Positions 46,700 through 59,300 of a stretch of DNA of 64,000 nt are shown piece after piece (the first letter of the stretch is position 1; each line of letters starts with the position of its first letter). Source of the DNA: Guillardia theta CCMP2712 (lineage: Eukaryota; Protista; Cryptophyta); the NCBI RefSeq assembly GCF_000315625.1, contig NW_005434607.1:213583-277582 (forward strand), given 5' to 3'. Both the position numbers and the translations under genes were made by a program. The notes beneath the pieces were generated by a model. It was not told the DNA's origin. It did no database searches and saw nothing but the letters and a program-made list of their open reading frames with translations.

Positions 46700-48093
46700 A
46701 TGGATACCACAGGATCCGTCTCGAGATGGTGGACGGTAAGAGCGGAGGGAGACCTCCTGCATGCTCGCTGACGTTTGTCTGTCCGCAAGAGCATCCCAGC
46801 GGGGACTCGGTTCATACTGCTTGTCAACGTGGCGGTGTATGTCGTTGGGATATGCACACCCAGGAACTGGACTATCAGGTTTAGCAGCAGTTTCCTCCCA
46901 TTTGTGAACTCCATCTGAAGCTTGCTGTACAGCTCCAACCTCGCTCCTCAGTCCTACTGCATGATGCCGCATGTGATCTGGATCGATCATCGCCAGTGCT
47001 ACCGCATCGTCACGTCGGCATTCGTGCATGGAGGGTTCTTGCATCTGGGGTTCAACATGTACAACTTCGTGTTTGCTGGGGGAAGGCTGGAGCAGATGAT
47101 GGGAACTGTTCGCTTCGTGAACTTGATCGTCGTGTGGGTGCTGGTCCTGGGAATCCTCTACTTCGTCATCGCGTTCGTGGGCGCCCTGTTCCAGTACGCC
47201 AGATTCTGGTGCGTCGGCATCGACAAGGCAAACTACCCTGAACTGAGCATGTCTCGGACAGGAACGAGTGTGCTGTAGGATTCTCTGGTGTGCTATTTGC
47301 TATCTTGACAGTAGACAGCTTCGCTGCTCCCCTCGGAACTCAGTTCTCGATGTGATGTCCTCTCCTGTCCTTGGCGTCCTTGACCGTTGTGCTGTCCAGG
47401 TTTGGCTGGCAGATCCCGGCGAGGTGGTACCCATGGGCGATGCTTATCTTCACGCAAGTGCTGATGCCAAACGTGTCCTTCATCGGTGCTGAAATCCATC
47501 GCCATGCCCTTGCCCTCATGCTCAGCTCAGGTCACCTCGTCGGCATCCTGGGAGCGTTCGTCTTCTCGCACGGGCTGCTTGACTGTTTCATGCTCCCGCC
47601 CTTCGTCGTCCTCTTCCTTGAGAAACGTGCCATCAAGCTCGCACTCCTCCGACTCCCCTGCTGACCTCGGCGTGCCTAGGATCTTGCTTCCGCACCCTTG
47701 AGAGGTGGGGGTGGGTACGAAGCCCTCCACTCGATTCGCCCAGATCGTCGTGCTTCAGGTGGTGGGCAGTGACATGCTAGCTCGTCCTGACTGCGTTGCC
47801 ATGACCTTCAGGTGTCTAGGGTTGATCCCATGCTGCGGCAGGGTTCAGAGGTTCTTCACCAGACTCTGTCGCTCCAGCGACATGGAGGAAGACGACCTGG
47901 AGGCCGCGGAAGGGTACAGGATGGGCTCGCAGCCTCGATTTACCGGGTGTGTCTCCTCCTCGACCACCACCATTATGATCATCACCAGCACTACTACCAC
48001 TACCACTACCACTACTACTACTACTACTACTAACAACAACAACAACAATCACTACAACAACAACAACAACAACAACGACAAGAACAACAACAG

Positions 48094-48131
<38 letters not shown>

Positions 48132-49172
48132 CTTCCACTATTCCCCCGCCACGCTTCCGTTATTCTCCACTTCATCCTTCCACCTCCTTCCGTCCTGCTC
48201 CTGCCCCTCATATATCATGATGATGAAGTTGCTCCTCCTCCTCCTCCTCCTCTAATTTGTGCATCCACAGGTTTGGCACTTGGGGATCAGCTCCTTCCTC
48301 CAGTCAGGCTGTGTATGTTGCAGTGCCTGTTGAAGCCCAGCAGGTGCAGCTGCCGTCGAGAACAGGCGGAATGGAGGAAGGAGGCGGCAAACTGGATGCC
48401 AGCAACACAGGTGGACGAGGACAGGAGGGGAGTTGAGTGTGAAGTGACGGCTGGACGAGTAGCCGAGGATCAAGTGAACGCTCGGAGGAAGGTTGCAGAG
48501 GCCGCGCTGAACAGGTGGGCTGTCAATCCTGGGATCAGCAGCAGGTCAGCAGATGGCAGTGGGAGGAAGGAGGAGAGGTAAGGAGTTTAGCTTCACCCTC
48601 CCTGCTGCTGATCGTCCGCGCCCTTGTTGTAGCAGCAAGGAAGAGACCAAGAGTTCATCCTCTTCGGATCGAGGGGACGGGGGGATGCGGGGTGCGAACG
48701 TTAGGGAGGCGCTCAGCATGTCGCTGTCCTTCGGCGGCGGCGCCCCCGTGCATCGTCTCTATGGCGATGCCTCATCCTCGCCCAACTCGGACGGATCGAG
48801 CGGAAGAGAGTTGAGGGAGAGGATCGACAGGGAGGCCCTCGCAGGAGCTCTGGAGGCAGTGAGGAGGAGGACGGTCGCGGCCGAGCAGCAGGAGCTGCTC
48901 AACTCGCTGGTGGAGATGGGATTCCCTCGGGAGGAGGCAGAGAAGGTGACTCGCTGCTGGAGGGAGGGAGGGGAATGTCTGACATTCGAAACTTTCATTC
49001 CCACAGGCACTCGAGGCTGTGAGTACAAACATCATTTTGCATCCCTCCCTACCCCCCTCCCTACCCTCTCCCCACCCCCTCTCCACCCCGCAGAAACTGC
49101 GGCGATCTGACGTGCAGGTGGCAGGAGGGTGACATCTTGTCGGCTGTGGAGAGGCTGACCAAGAAGTCGTAA
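46700..49172 (+). CDS. Rhomboid protease (RHBDL4/RBL15-like) with C-terminal UBA domain
   Basis: QCYRIVTSAFVHGGFLHLGFNM, GRLEQMMGT, CAVGFSGVLFA (catalytic Ser), PNVSFIGHLVGIL (catalytic His). UBA: LNSLVEMGFPREEAEKALEA..GDILSAVERL. Stop at 49170-49172. Confidence 0.92.
47990..48130. repeat. Compound trinucleotide microsatellite (ACT/ACC)n(AAC)n(AGC)n, intronic
   Basis: Directly visible. Confidence 0.9.
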
Positions 49173-49245
49173 CGCCTACTCGTGGAAGTCAATCCGCAGG
49201 CCCGACGCTGACTTGGGGTCTGACTTGACGTCCACGCTGTTGGGT

Positions 49246-51404
49246 TTATCCTTCTGTTGTCAATCTTGTCAAACTTCTGCGAAAGCGAGTGGGGAGGAGC
49301 AAGGACAAAAAAAGGAAGGACAGCGGCAAGCGCATGGGCAGCGGCAAGGGAGGTTGGCGGTGGAGCAAGAAATGACAAGTAGGAAGACCAAGATACCAAG
49401 ACCAGGAGACGGGAACGACCAGCGGCAGGATGAAGGAGGGGGAAGGGTGAGAAGAGGGAGGAGCGCTGCTCACCATCAACTCCTCAAACTGCAGCATCTC
49501 GTGGTCGTTGAGCAAGCAGGCGTCAAAGAGAGCTGTGATCTCCTCCTCCACCATGTCGACCCCGATGAAGACGAGCTCCTGCCGTCGATCTCCCCACTTG
49601 CCCTGCCAGCTGTCACCCCAGCAGGACCAGACCACCGCCTCACCTCCTTGTCAAACTCGTTGGCAATCTTGACCACCTCGGGATTCGACAGGTCTCCAGC
49701 ATCTGCTGGCACTGAGCCGGAGGAACTCTTCCTATCCCCTGCCCCGTGGCCCCTCCCCGCCCAGTCTCTCTACCCTCCCTTCTTCCTCCCTCTCCATGTC
49801 AACGCACTCCCTCTCCTCGATCCCCCGTCTTTCTCCCTCCTTTCCGCACCTGGCCAGTTCTCCTTCGCGGTCGCTGCCCACCACAGGCCGAGCGGATTCA
49901 GCGAGAAGTGTGCCCCTGCGAGCCACGAGCTCAGCAACCAGCTTCAGAGGCCCTGCGCTCACCAGCATGTGACCAGTACAGGGCGCTCTGGGCATGGCTG
50001 GCCAACCAGACGAACCCCTTGGAGCGGATGATGGAGTGGAGGACTCCGAGCTCGTTCTTCTCGTTGCTACTGTTCAGTTTGCCATCCAGCAGCTGGGCAG
50101 GAGCAGAGGAGTCAGGCAGGCCGACGTTGAGAGCCGCAGACCACACCTTGTCAAGAGTCCAGCTGTCAACGGGCATGTGATCGACCCAGTTCTTCCTGCG
50201 CCAAAAGTCAACATCGTCCGGGAGCCATGGCGAACTGGCCCAGAACCTCGTGGCGTTCTTGACCGGCATGAAGGAGATGAGGTCTATCGCAAAGAATCAG
50301 AGGGAGCAGGGGGAGGCAGATGGAGTTTCCTTGTAGCTTCTTGGGATGGAACGGGCGCCTCCTCGAGTAGACGAAGGTAGAAATGCCATACTTCTCTGCA
50401 GCGTTGGGAGCATGCTCGTGCCCGTGCTCGTGCCCATGGGTGTGTTCGTGACTGTGTGAATGTGAATGAGAATGACCGTGACCGGCTTCGCTGGCGAGTT
50501 TTGCGGACTCAACAGCCTCCCTGATGTCGTCATCGTCATCCAGACTAGCTATCCTTCCCTTGTCCGATAAGAACACCCGCTCTAGCGGGACCTTGCCGTA
50601 TTCACAGTGAACGATGTCAGCTTTTGGGTTGAGAGCAGACACGATGTTCTTCAGAGCCTGACGCTTCTTCTCGTCCACCCGATCGTCCTTGTTCAGCACC
50701 ACGAGGTCCGCACACTCCACCTGCTCGACCAGGAGATCCACGACCTTCCTCTCCACCAACGAAATGGCCTCAAGCGGAGCGCTCGCGTCGTTGAGCCCGA
50801 TGAGCTCCTGGTGATCGACGACGTCGTGCTTGGAGCTGTAGAGCTCGAAGAAGTGGGGGGAGTCAACCACGGTGATCATGGTGGATAGCTCTGTCTCCTC
50901 GAAGATCGGATGTTCTTCCTTGATTGCAAGCTGGATTTCCCTCCTGACGTTCTTTGGTTCTGCAACCCCGCTCATCTCTATTACGATCCTGTCGAAGGAG
51001 TATCCGCCCACCCTTGAGATCTCAAGCAGCTGGTCTATGCACGCCATCAGCTCGTCGCTGGAGTTACAGCATGCACAGCCGTTTTCTAGCTCAACAAACT
51101 CGATCCCCTTCCCGCTCTTGGTCCGTATCCCACTGCTCGAGCGGTCGCGCACCAATTTTGCATCGATGTTCACCGACGCCACGTCGTTGACTACAACTCC
51201 GACTTTCAGCCCCCCCTTGTTCTGCAGAAGCTCCTGAAGCAGAGTGGTCTTGCCCGATCCGAGGAAGCCCGAGAGCACCGAGATAGGAACCTTGCTCTTC
51301 CTCGCTCCGTCTGCGAAGGTAGAGTTCCAGCGGATCTGATTCACTCCTTGTCTCACCATCCTAGGCAGAGCCTGCAGCCTAAGATTCCGGAATATGGTCG
51401 CCAT
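49246..51404 (-). CDS. COG0523/CobW-family G3E metallochaperone GTPase with predicted mitochondrial presequence
   Basis: LSGFLGSGKTTLL, VVVND, ELENGCACC, IEMSGVAEP, EQVECADLVVLNK, a His-rich linker, and CobW_C motifs RRPFHP..RSKGFVWLA..WGDRRQELVFIG. N-terminus MATIFRNLRLQALPRMVRQGVNQIRWNST. The last exon is uncertain. Confidence 0.93.
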
Positions 51405-52117
51405 GGCGGCGCCTGAGGCAAATGTCACCCGATCGCTCACGGTGGGCACAAGGAGGAAAACAGCGAGAATGAAAGGAAATTAGGCGGATCGAAGTATCAT
51501 GAAACTGAGGTGAGGAAAGGGTGATAATGATAGAGTTGATAGAACGGGGTGAATGATAGAACGCTGCTGATGGAGAATTTCATTATATCGATTGAAATGA
51601 ACAGCCTCCCCTTCGCTAACTTTTGTTGTGGTTGGTGAGAGAGCTTATGGAGTAGAAGATTCCCACTGAAAGAGGGGCCGAACTCACAAAGTAGAAGAGA
51701 TAAGGTAAAAGATGAAGGAAAAGTGCTGATAATCGGATGATTATCTCATGTGTGATGCAAGATGTAGTGATCGAAACAAGAAAGTGAATATCGAGGAGAA
51801 AACTACCTGCCACACCATGAAACGAAGCAATGCCTGCAAGCACAAACAGGAACAAACACAACAAACGAAGCACAAAACAGCATCGAGAAGGCAAGAAGAT
51901 CATCGGAAAGATGAGAAGATGAAGTTATCAGGGATGTCATGGACATAATCTACGTCATCGCCGTCATCGGCATCCATCGGCTAGATGTATTTTTCGCAGG
52001 CAATGTGCATCGGCAAAGAAGCAAATTTGTTTTACAGATCCTTTAGACTAAAAAAATTAAAAAAACAATCTAGTGGAAAATTCGGGCCCGCCTCGTTGAA
52101 ACGAAGAGACGCCGGCC

Positions 52118-54967
52118 ATGGCGGGGGGGGCGGGGCGCATGGCGGCGTTCATGGCGCTCGTGGTGATGATGAGCATGGCGATGGCTGACGTTGTCGCCAC
52201 TTCTCGTTCGAGTGAGGGTCGCAAGGCAGGAAGAGGAAGGACTGAAGCGAGCGATGCGCCGTTGGAGCTGGCAAGCCCTCCATGGAGCGAGAAGAGGGAG
52301 GAGGGGAAGCAAGAGCGACTGGAGGACGTTCTCAAGGCCATCAAGCAAGCTGAGGCTGCTGATGGCAAGGCTGCTCAACAGGAGAAGGCGTTCGGGGGTA
52401 AGGAGCTCGCAGATGCGAACTCAGCAACGGCACAAGCTGCGCGTTTCATGGGCAAGGCAGAGAAGCTCCTCCAGAGTGAGGAAGCGCTGAAGCATGAGGA
52501 GGTGGGTTCCGTTCGCTGATCCCCTCACTTCCCCTCCTACTTGTAGCAGCATTTGTGACAAGTGTGTGACATGCCTGCAGCGTCAAGTGGAAAACAAGCT
52601 TACCAACCTGAAAGACTCTGGTATCATGGGCGGACCCTGGAGGAGCCATGGTACAGACTTCTCAGACGAGTGGAGGGTGTACCCGAAGAGACCGCTAGAG
52701 AGACTGAAGGAGGTCGCAAGAAGGAGAATGATCTTGCAGCGCGGGAAAGAGAAGAAAGGGAAGGAGGGGAAAGTGAAGGGGAAGGACGTCGAAATCAGCG
52801 ATGACGTTTCCGACCTGGACAAGGACGGAAAGGTGCAGAGTCGCTCCTCTGATTACTTCAACGATCTCCCTCAGGTCGGATCGTCACCGTTGCAGAGCAT
52901 CGTTCTGAGACCCCGCTCTGGCGACTTGCTCGCTGATTCTGAACCAACAGGGCAAGCCATACGGAGACTACCAGTGGGTTGACTCCAAGCCCAAAGTCCG
53001 CTGGAGTTACTACAGAAAGAGTATGTTTGTGTTTATGAGAAGCACGTCCATCGATCTTGTTGTCACGATGTTTCTTTGATCCAGGCACCATCAAGGCTGG
53101 TTTCGACCTCTCCAACTGCTTTCTTGCGGCGCAGAAAGATAAGTCGAAGGTATGAGCATGCGGATAGATGATGTTCGATGCTAAGAGTCCCTGAGGTCGT
53201 CGTAAAAATCCTCGAGAAGCAAGAGACGCGCATCATCAGCACTAAGAATGGTTGTCCTTGTCCCTGATGCTTCAACATCCAGCTCGGATGCCAGTTGAAG
53301 TGACCTTGCTGACTCAACTGGACCAGGCTGTACCTGCAAGATGCCCTGGAAGTACTTCCCCGATGAGAGCAACAATGGGCATCTCCAGGAATCCAACGAG
53401 CTCAAGACGTACAACAGGTCCTGTCTGCGAGCTCAGAGCTGCCTGTCATGCAGCTGACTGGACCGCAGGTGCTCCAACAACGGTAGCAGCAAGCCCTGGT
53501 GTGCAGTAGAAGGGACGTGTGGCACCAAGAGGTTTGAGCGATATTGCGGTCCGTTGACGATGTAACGGTGACGACGTAGCACGGACCCGCATGCGGGCTA
53601 TGGCCCTGGAGACTACGGGTGGACCCACTGGGACTACTGCGGCAAGCAGCAAGTAGTATGGAAGGTGAGGCAACAAATCTGTCGCTCTCTGTTGTAACGC
53701 GCTGTCGTCTTCAGTACGTCCCTGTGTGGCAGGCAACAGTAAGTTCCTGGCAGCCCCTCTCACCTGTCGCTGACGCATGCTCTTCTCTCCTCCCCCTCAG
53801 CATTCAGCCGGAGACGTCTCTTGCCTCGCAGATTTCTTCCTGTCCACGGATAGGTAATTCGGCTGCCTTTCCTTTGCGTACAGCTCAAGTCTGCCCGCAG
53901 AGCGCTGGAATGGCGATCTCTGGATCTCCTGCGGCAAGATGTATCCCCATGAACGTCTGACGTGGCTGCCCTTACATGTGAGCCAGGACGATCACAGGAA
54001 GGAGAGGATGGCTCCCCCCGAGCTCGCCTCCAGGTTCGAGAAGGTGACCCGTCGCTGCTTATCGCCTGCTCGTCTTTGACCTCCCGCAGTGTCTGATGAG
54101 GGCCAACACCGGGTCCAGCGCCGTCTACTGCGAGGCGGACATGCTCAAGCACCTCGAGCCCTCCGTCGTCCGCCATGCCCTCATGATCTCCAGATCCGAC
54201 AAGGTCCCGCCCCTCGCTCGCTCGCTGTGGCTGCGTGTCTGACCCCCTCCCCCCGCCTCAGATCGGAGTCCACTGGGCCAACCTGCAACGTGTCGTGCTG
54301 CTCTTCGCCAAGCAGATGAAGGCAGGGAACTTGAACCTCCTGCGGCCTCCTGACCCTCCTCCTCAGGGCTGCATGGCGACGGCCCAGGGAGCGTCGGAGG
54401 GGATCGTCTGCATCGCGCAATTCCTCACTAGCCTTCCCCTCAAGCAGACCAAGGTGAGCTGGACTGCAGCTAGACTCTGCCTAGCTGACCTCCCCTGGCA
54501 GCTGGCGGTGACCAACGCGATGGACACGCCGCAGTCAGAAGAAGCGCCCAAGGATGTCACAGTGTTGGTAGACGACATGACAACTTGTATCCGCTCGGCC
54601 TCGGACGAAGACGCAGTGGTAAGTTGCCTTCTTTGCACCTTGAAGCACCTCCGCTGTCCTACCCCTTCCTGTTTCCTTCTCTCCCCGCATTTCCCCTCCT
54701 CCCCTTAATCCAGGGATACCTCCCTTCCTCCCTCCCTCCTCTTCCCGGTCGCTCAAGGAGATGCAGGCCTTCTGTGTTGCCACTTTCCTCGCACATGCCC
54801 CAAAGAAGACGATCCTGGCGGCAGCGAAGATGTCGAAGAGGACGAGGGACTACGGATCGGCCGGTTTCCTCAACGTCATGGGAGAGAAGCAGGCGGGCTG
54901 GGTGGGTTACGAGGACAACATGCAGTCCCACAGCCTGCAGAGGAGACAGCAGGGGGTTCCCAGCTAG
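52118..54967 (+). CDS. Secreted hypothetical protein with a fibronectin-II/kringle-like Cys module and Cys-containing helical C-terminus
   Basis: Signal peptide MAAFMALVVMMSMAMA. Spliced module GCTCKMPWKY..TYNRCSNNGSSKPWCAVEGTCG..HWDYCG. Consistent exons continue to ..RRQQGVPS* at 54967. Confidence 0.6.
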
Positions 54968-55061
54968 ACATTCTCATCTTTAAAAGTTAGTTTGACAACC
55001 GCTCCGAACGCTGTGCCTCTGCGGTGCTGGGAGGTAGGGGATGGTTTGTGCTGGAGGCAAG

Positions 55062-56256
55062 CTAGGGGAGGACCAGCTCCCCCTCTGATAGCTCCCCGCT
55101 CGACCGCACGCTCATCCTCATCCTCATCCTCCTTCCCACCGCGAAAGTCTCCTGCATTACCTCCCCCTCCGACAGCTCTGACGTCTCATCCTCATCCTCG
55201 TCCTCCTCATCCTCGTCCCATATCACACTCGGCCCGCTCCTGGTTGAGGCATCCTCCTCCACCCCCACGTCTTCTATCCTGCTGCTCTCCAGCTCGGAGG
55301 AGGTGTTGACCTTCAACTCTCCCTCCGACAGAGACTCTGCTGCTCGCTGCCATGACCCCGTCGAGCTCTCTGCTACCTCCGTCTGTGAAAGTCAGTCAGG
55401 TCGTGGCACAGCAGCAGAAGCAGCAGCAGCAGCAGGAAGAGAAAGGAAGCAGGTGGACGAGGCTGACCTGGACTCCCTGCTCCTGCGAGACCGGAGCTCT
55501 GTCCTCCTTCACCCTCTGCGAGCTCTCGCCATGCTGCAAGGAAGCGATCGCCATGGCACGGGAGCTCATCCCCTCCGTGATGGTCAGCTCGCTTGACGTC
55601 ACCTGCACTGCCACTGTTGCCATCCCCTGCGAGCCGCTGACCTCCTCCACGATGCTCCAGTCCCCAGCGCCCATCAAGTCCCCAAGCTCTTCCCCTTCCC
55701 CTCCTTCGTTCATCGCTCCCTCCTTCTCCCCACCCTCCTCCTGTTTCTCTCCTTCCTCCACCCTTTCGTCTGCCGCCGCCTCGAGTTTTTCCTGCAGGTC
55801 ACAGGAGCTCGTCTCCTCGCATCCCCGCATGGGGGTCCAGGCAAGGCTGTCGCTCGAAGACTTGGGGGGAGTCAAATCGAATTCCTCAATCGCTGAGCAA
55901 GAAGAAGGCTCCTGGAAGGATCCATCATCCACGGGGCGTGGCTCTTCGTCCCTTCGTCCCTCCTCTCCTCCCTCCCCTCCTCCTAGTTCCGTCTCTCTCG
56001 CCGCCGCCTGCTCCGAGTTTGCCCTTACGAACACTTCGGCTTCCACCCCTTCCTCCGCTGCTCCCTCGTTGAGCTCTTCTCCCCTCTCCTGGACTCCCTT
56101 CTCCCCCTGCTGCTCCTTTTCTCCGTCACCCCCATCGCCTCCCTCCCTTCTGACTTCGAAAACCGCAGGTTGGGAGGACTCGTCTTCTTGCTTGCTTGCA
56201 ATCGTCGGGAAATCATCCATAAGAATGACTGTCTGGGATGATTCCTCGCACATGGC

Positions 56257-56321
<65 letters not shown>

Positions 56322-59300
56322 TTAACAAACTCTGCACCAAGCTCGTCTCCACCTTCTGAGCAGCTTCATCAAGCTTGGTGCACATCGTCTGGCTGGAGTC
56401 TGCAATCCTCTCCGTGAGGTTGGTGAGCGTGAGCATCGAGTCAGCGATCTTTCCAAGAGCTTCTCTGATCTCTGAACTCTCCTGCCTCGCCAACGAGCCC
56501 TGCGCCTGCTGTTCCTGCACAGTGAGGTGCATCTGCCGCATGTAGTCTTCCATCACAGTCAACCGATCATGGAGAAGCTGCCTGTGGCTGTCGGCGGGAC
56601 CTCGATCCTCTCCCTCATCCTCCTTCATGATCTCGTAGACCAGCTCCACATTTCCTCTGCTCCTGCCACCTGCTTGCGCCCTCAGCATGTCCCCCCCGTT
56701 GCCCGAGGTGCCGTCCTCCTCGCTCTGTGGACCTGACTCCTCTCCCTCCGTGGTTGTGTCTTGACCAGACGACGCCTTCACCTCGCCACCTGCTGTGGGA
56801 ACTTCTTCCTTCACAACTATCACGCCGCTTCCCCCGCTACCCTGACCATCATGAGCCTCGCTCCTCCCATCCAGAATGTCTCGGGTGATGCCTTCGAGCA
56901 GGCAACCCATAATCAGCGCGTCCAGCTCCTCCTCGAACTCTTGCCCTGCCTCGCTGTCAGCAGGTACCTCGCGCACGTGGTCTTGAGCCAAAACTCCCCT
57001 GCTCCCTCCATCCCGCTGGCTCATCCCGCCCTCTCTAATCTCCTTCATCGCCCGAGCCGCTTCTTCCAGCAGCGCTTCCTCTGCCCAGGACAGAACCTCC
57101 TCATCCTCCACACTCGTTCCGAGTTGGTTCAGCATGTCCAGCCCCTTCGCCCCTAACAGCCTCGACGCTGCAAGGGACCTGCACGACCTCCGCCTCTCCT
57201 CGTCCTCGTCCCGGGACGCGACAACTTCGGACTGCCACCTTCCGGCGAGTGCCATGGACAAGATCTGAGCCTGAAGGTGATGTGTGAGGTAGTTGGTGAC
57301 GAAGTCATGCAGGGCATCCTCGTCAGCTGCCAGGCTCCTCTGATTATCCTTCTCCACATCGCCACTTTTGGTCCTCCTGGTCTGTCCAACGGAAGTTTTT
57401 TGCTTGCGGGCCCCTTTCCCTCCACTAACATCTCGTCTCCTATCCTCCTCTGGTCGAAGTCGAGGGACCGAGCCGGGTTGGATGTACCGACTCGACTTGG
57501 AGCTTCTTCGACAGAATCTTCAGCCGTCGGCTTGGAGGCTCTGACCTCCTCCCACTCACTCGAGTACAACTTGGGTGAGACTTCATGTGAAGTGACGTAC
57601 AAGTCTTGCCGGGGAGGACTGTCAGTCACGGAAGCAGCCAAGGACCTTCCTTCACCCATGTCCACTTTGAGCAAACGCAAGGTGCGCCATGCCTCTGAGT
57701 TGGGATCGTTCAAGAGGGAGGAAAGCATCTTGCACTGCTCTATCGTCAGTGACCTTAGTTCAAGCACGCCTTGCTCCTCGTTCCACAATTCAACTTTCGC
57801 CTGTTTGCCGCTGATCTGCACTGTCTGTTCCAGCAGCCCAAGGAAAGCATCCTTTGACCTTCCAAACTGGCTGACATTCACCGTCAGACGGAAAACTTCA
57901 CCCGGTCTGACGGAACTTTCAACTCTCTCCACCTTCACTTCCTTTTCGTGTTCCTCATCAACCCTTTGGGGCAGCAGTGAGCAAGAAGAAACCAACATAG
58001 GCCTCATCGACCACGAGCTCTTGTTGTGACAGACAGCTTGCCTGCTTGCCGCAACACTCGCCACGTGCTGCGGCAGGTCCTTGCGGGTGGTATGACGCCG
58101 GGCAGGCCTTGACAGCACCTTGTTCCGAAGGTTTTCCACCTTGTTTGGAACACCATGAGGTCTAACAGAAGGATTGGACTCAAAACTTCGCTCTACTTTC
58201 GGCGTCGGTCTCGATGGATTTCGTTTGACAGGAAGCCGGGCCTGGCTGACCTTCGCTGGGTTGTCACGTGAAGACATACGGTCGGCCTTCTTCTTGTCTC
58301 TTTCATGACTCAGCAGGCTGGTCGGTTCGCTGTTGCTTTGTTTCCCTGGCGGACTTTTCTTCTTGGGCTGGCCGGCCGAGTGAATTTCACTGTCTAGCAG
58401 AACTTTGATTTCGTGGGTAACATTTCGCACCATGTTCGAGATCTCCAGCTTGCTCAATTCCAAGGACTCATCATGCTTCTCTTCAACGACGGTGACGTCC
58501 TCGGCAATCGCATCACTGAGAAACAGATCGCTCTCGAACTGAGTTCGAAACATCTGTAGATCATGCAAGCTCTTGTAGATTGCATCATAATCCATTCTTC
58601 CGCCAAGTGAGTCATGTATCTTGTCAATCTGTCTCTGTATCGGTAAGGCGCCTTTGACTCTCCTGGATTCAGGGACAGGTCCGGATGTCAACGTGGACAG
58701 CACACTGACACTTTCCATGATCCGCGGTTCAGCGTCCTTTGCTGACGTTGAAGGGACAACAACCGCGTCCCCTTCACTTCTCTGCGGGATTTCCAACTTT
58801 GACAGCTCGAGCTTGCGCGAGAGCTCTTCAGCTTCCCTTGACGTCACTTTCACCTCTTTGCTCTGGAGCTTCTCCACCAGCCCGGCCTCGTCCAAGTGCC
58901 CCAGATTGACCGCCCTGCTCATCCACTTGCGCGAGTTCGCCAGCAACTCGTTGAGCTCGGACTGAGACTGGTCCTTGATGGTGAAGTCCAGGTTGGGGTT
59001 CCTCAGCGATGCTCTCCACTGCTTCTGCAGGTGATTCATATCCGCCAGCCTCTTCTCATACATGTGCATCTCATCTGAAAGCTCTCGAAGCTTCAGCCCC
59101 TTGTCATCGATCTCGTTACAGACCGCAGCTTTCCACACAACTCGGTAGTCTCGGGGGAGTTTCCTGATCAGGTTCACACAGATCTCATGGAATTCGTCCG
59201 CAATCTTCTTGTACTCCTCGCCCAATCGTTTCATCACGTTGAGAAGCTCCTCGCCAGAATCTACCAGCGCCTTCTGCCCCAGGGCATCGCCACAGTCGCA

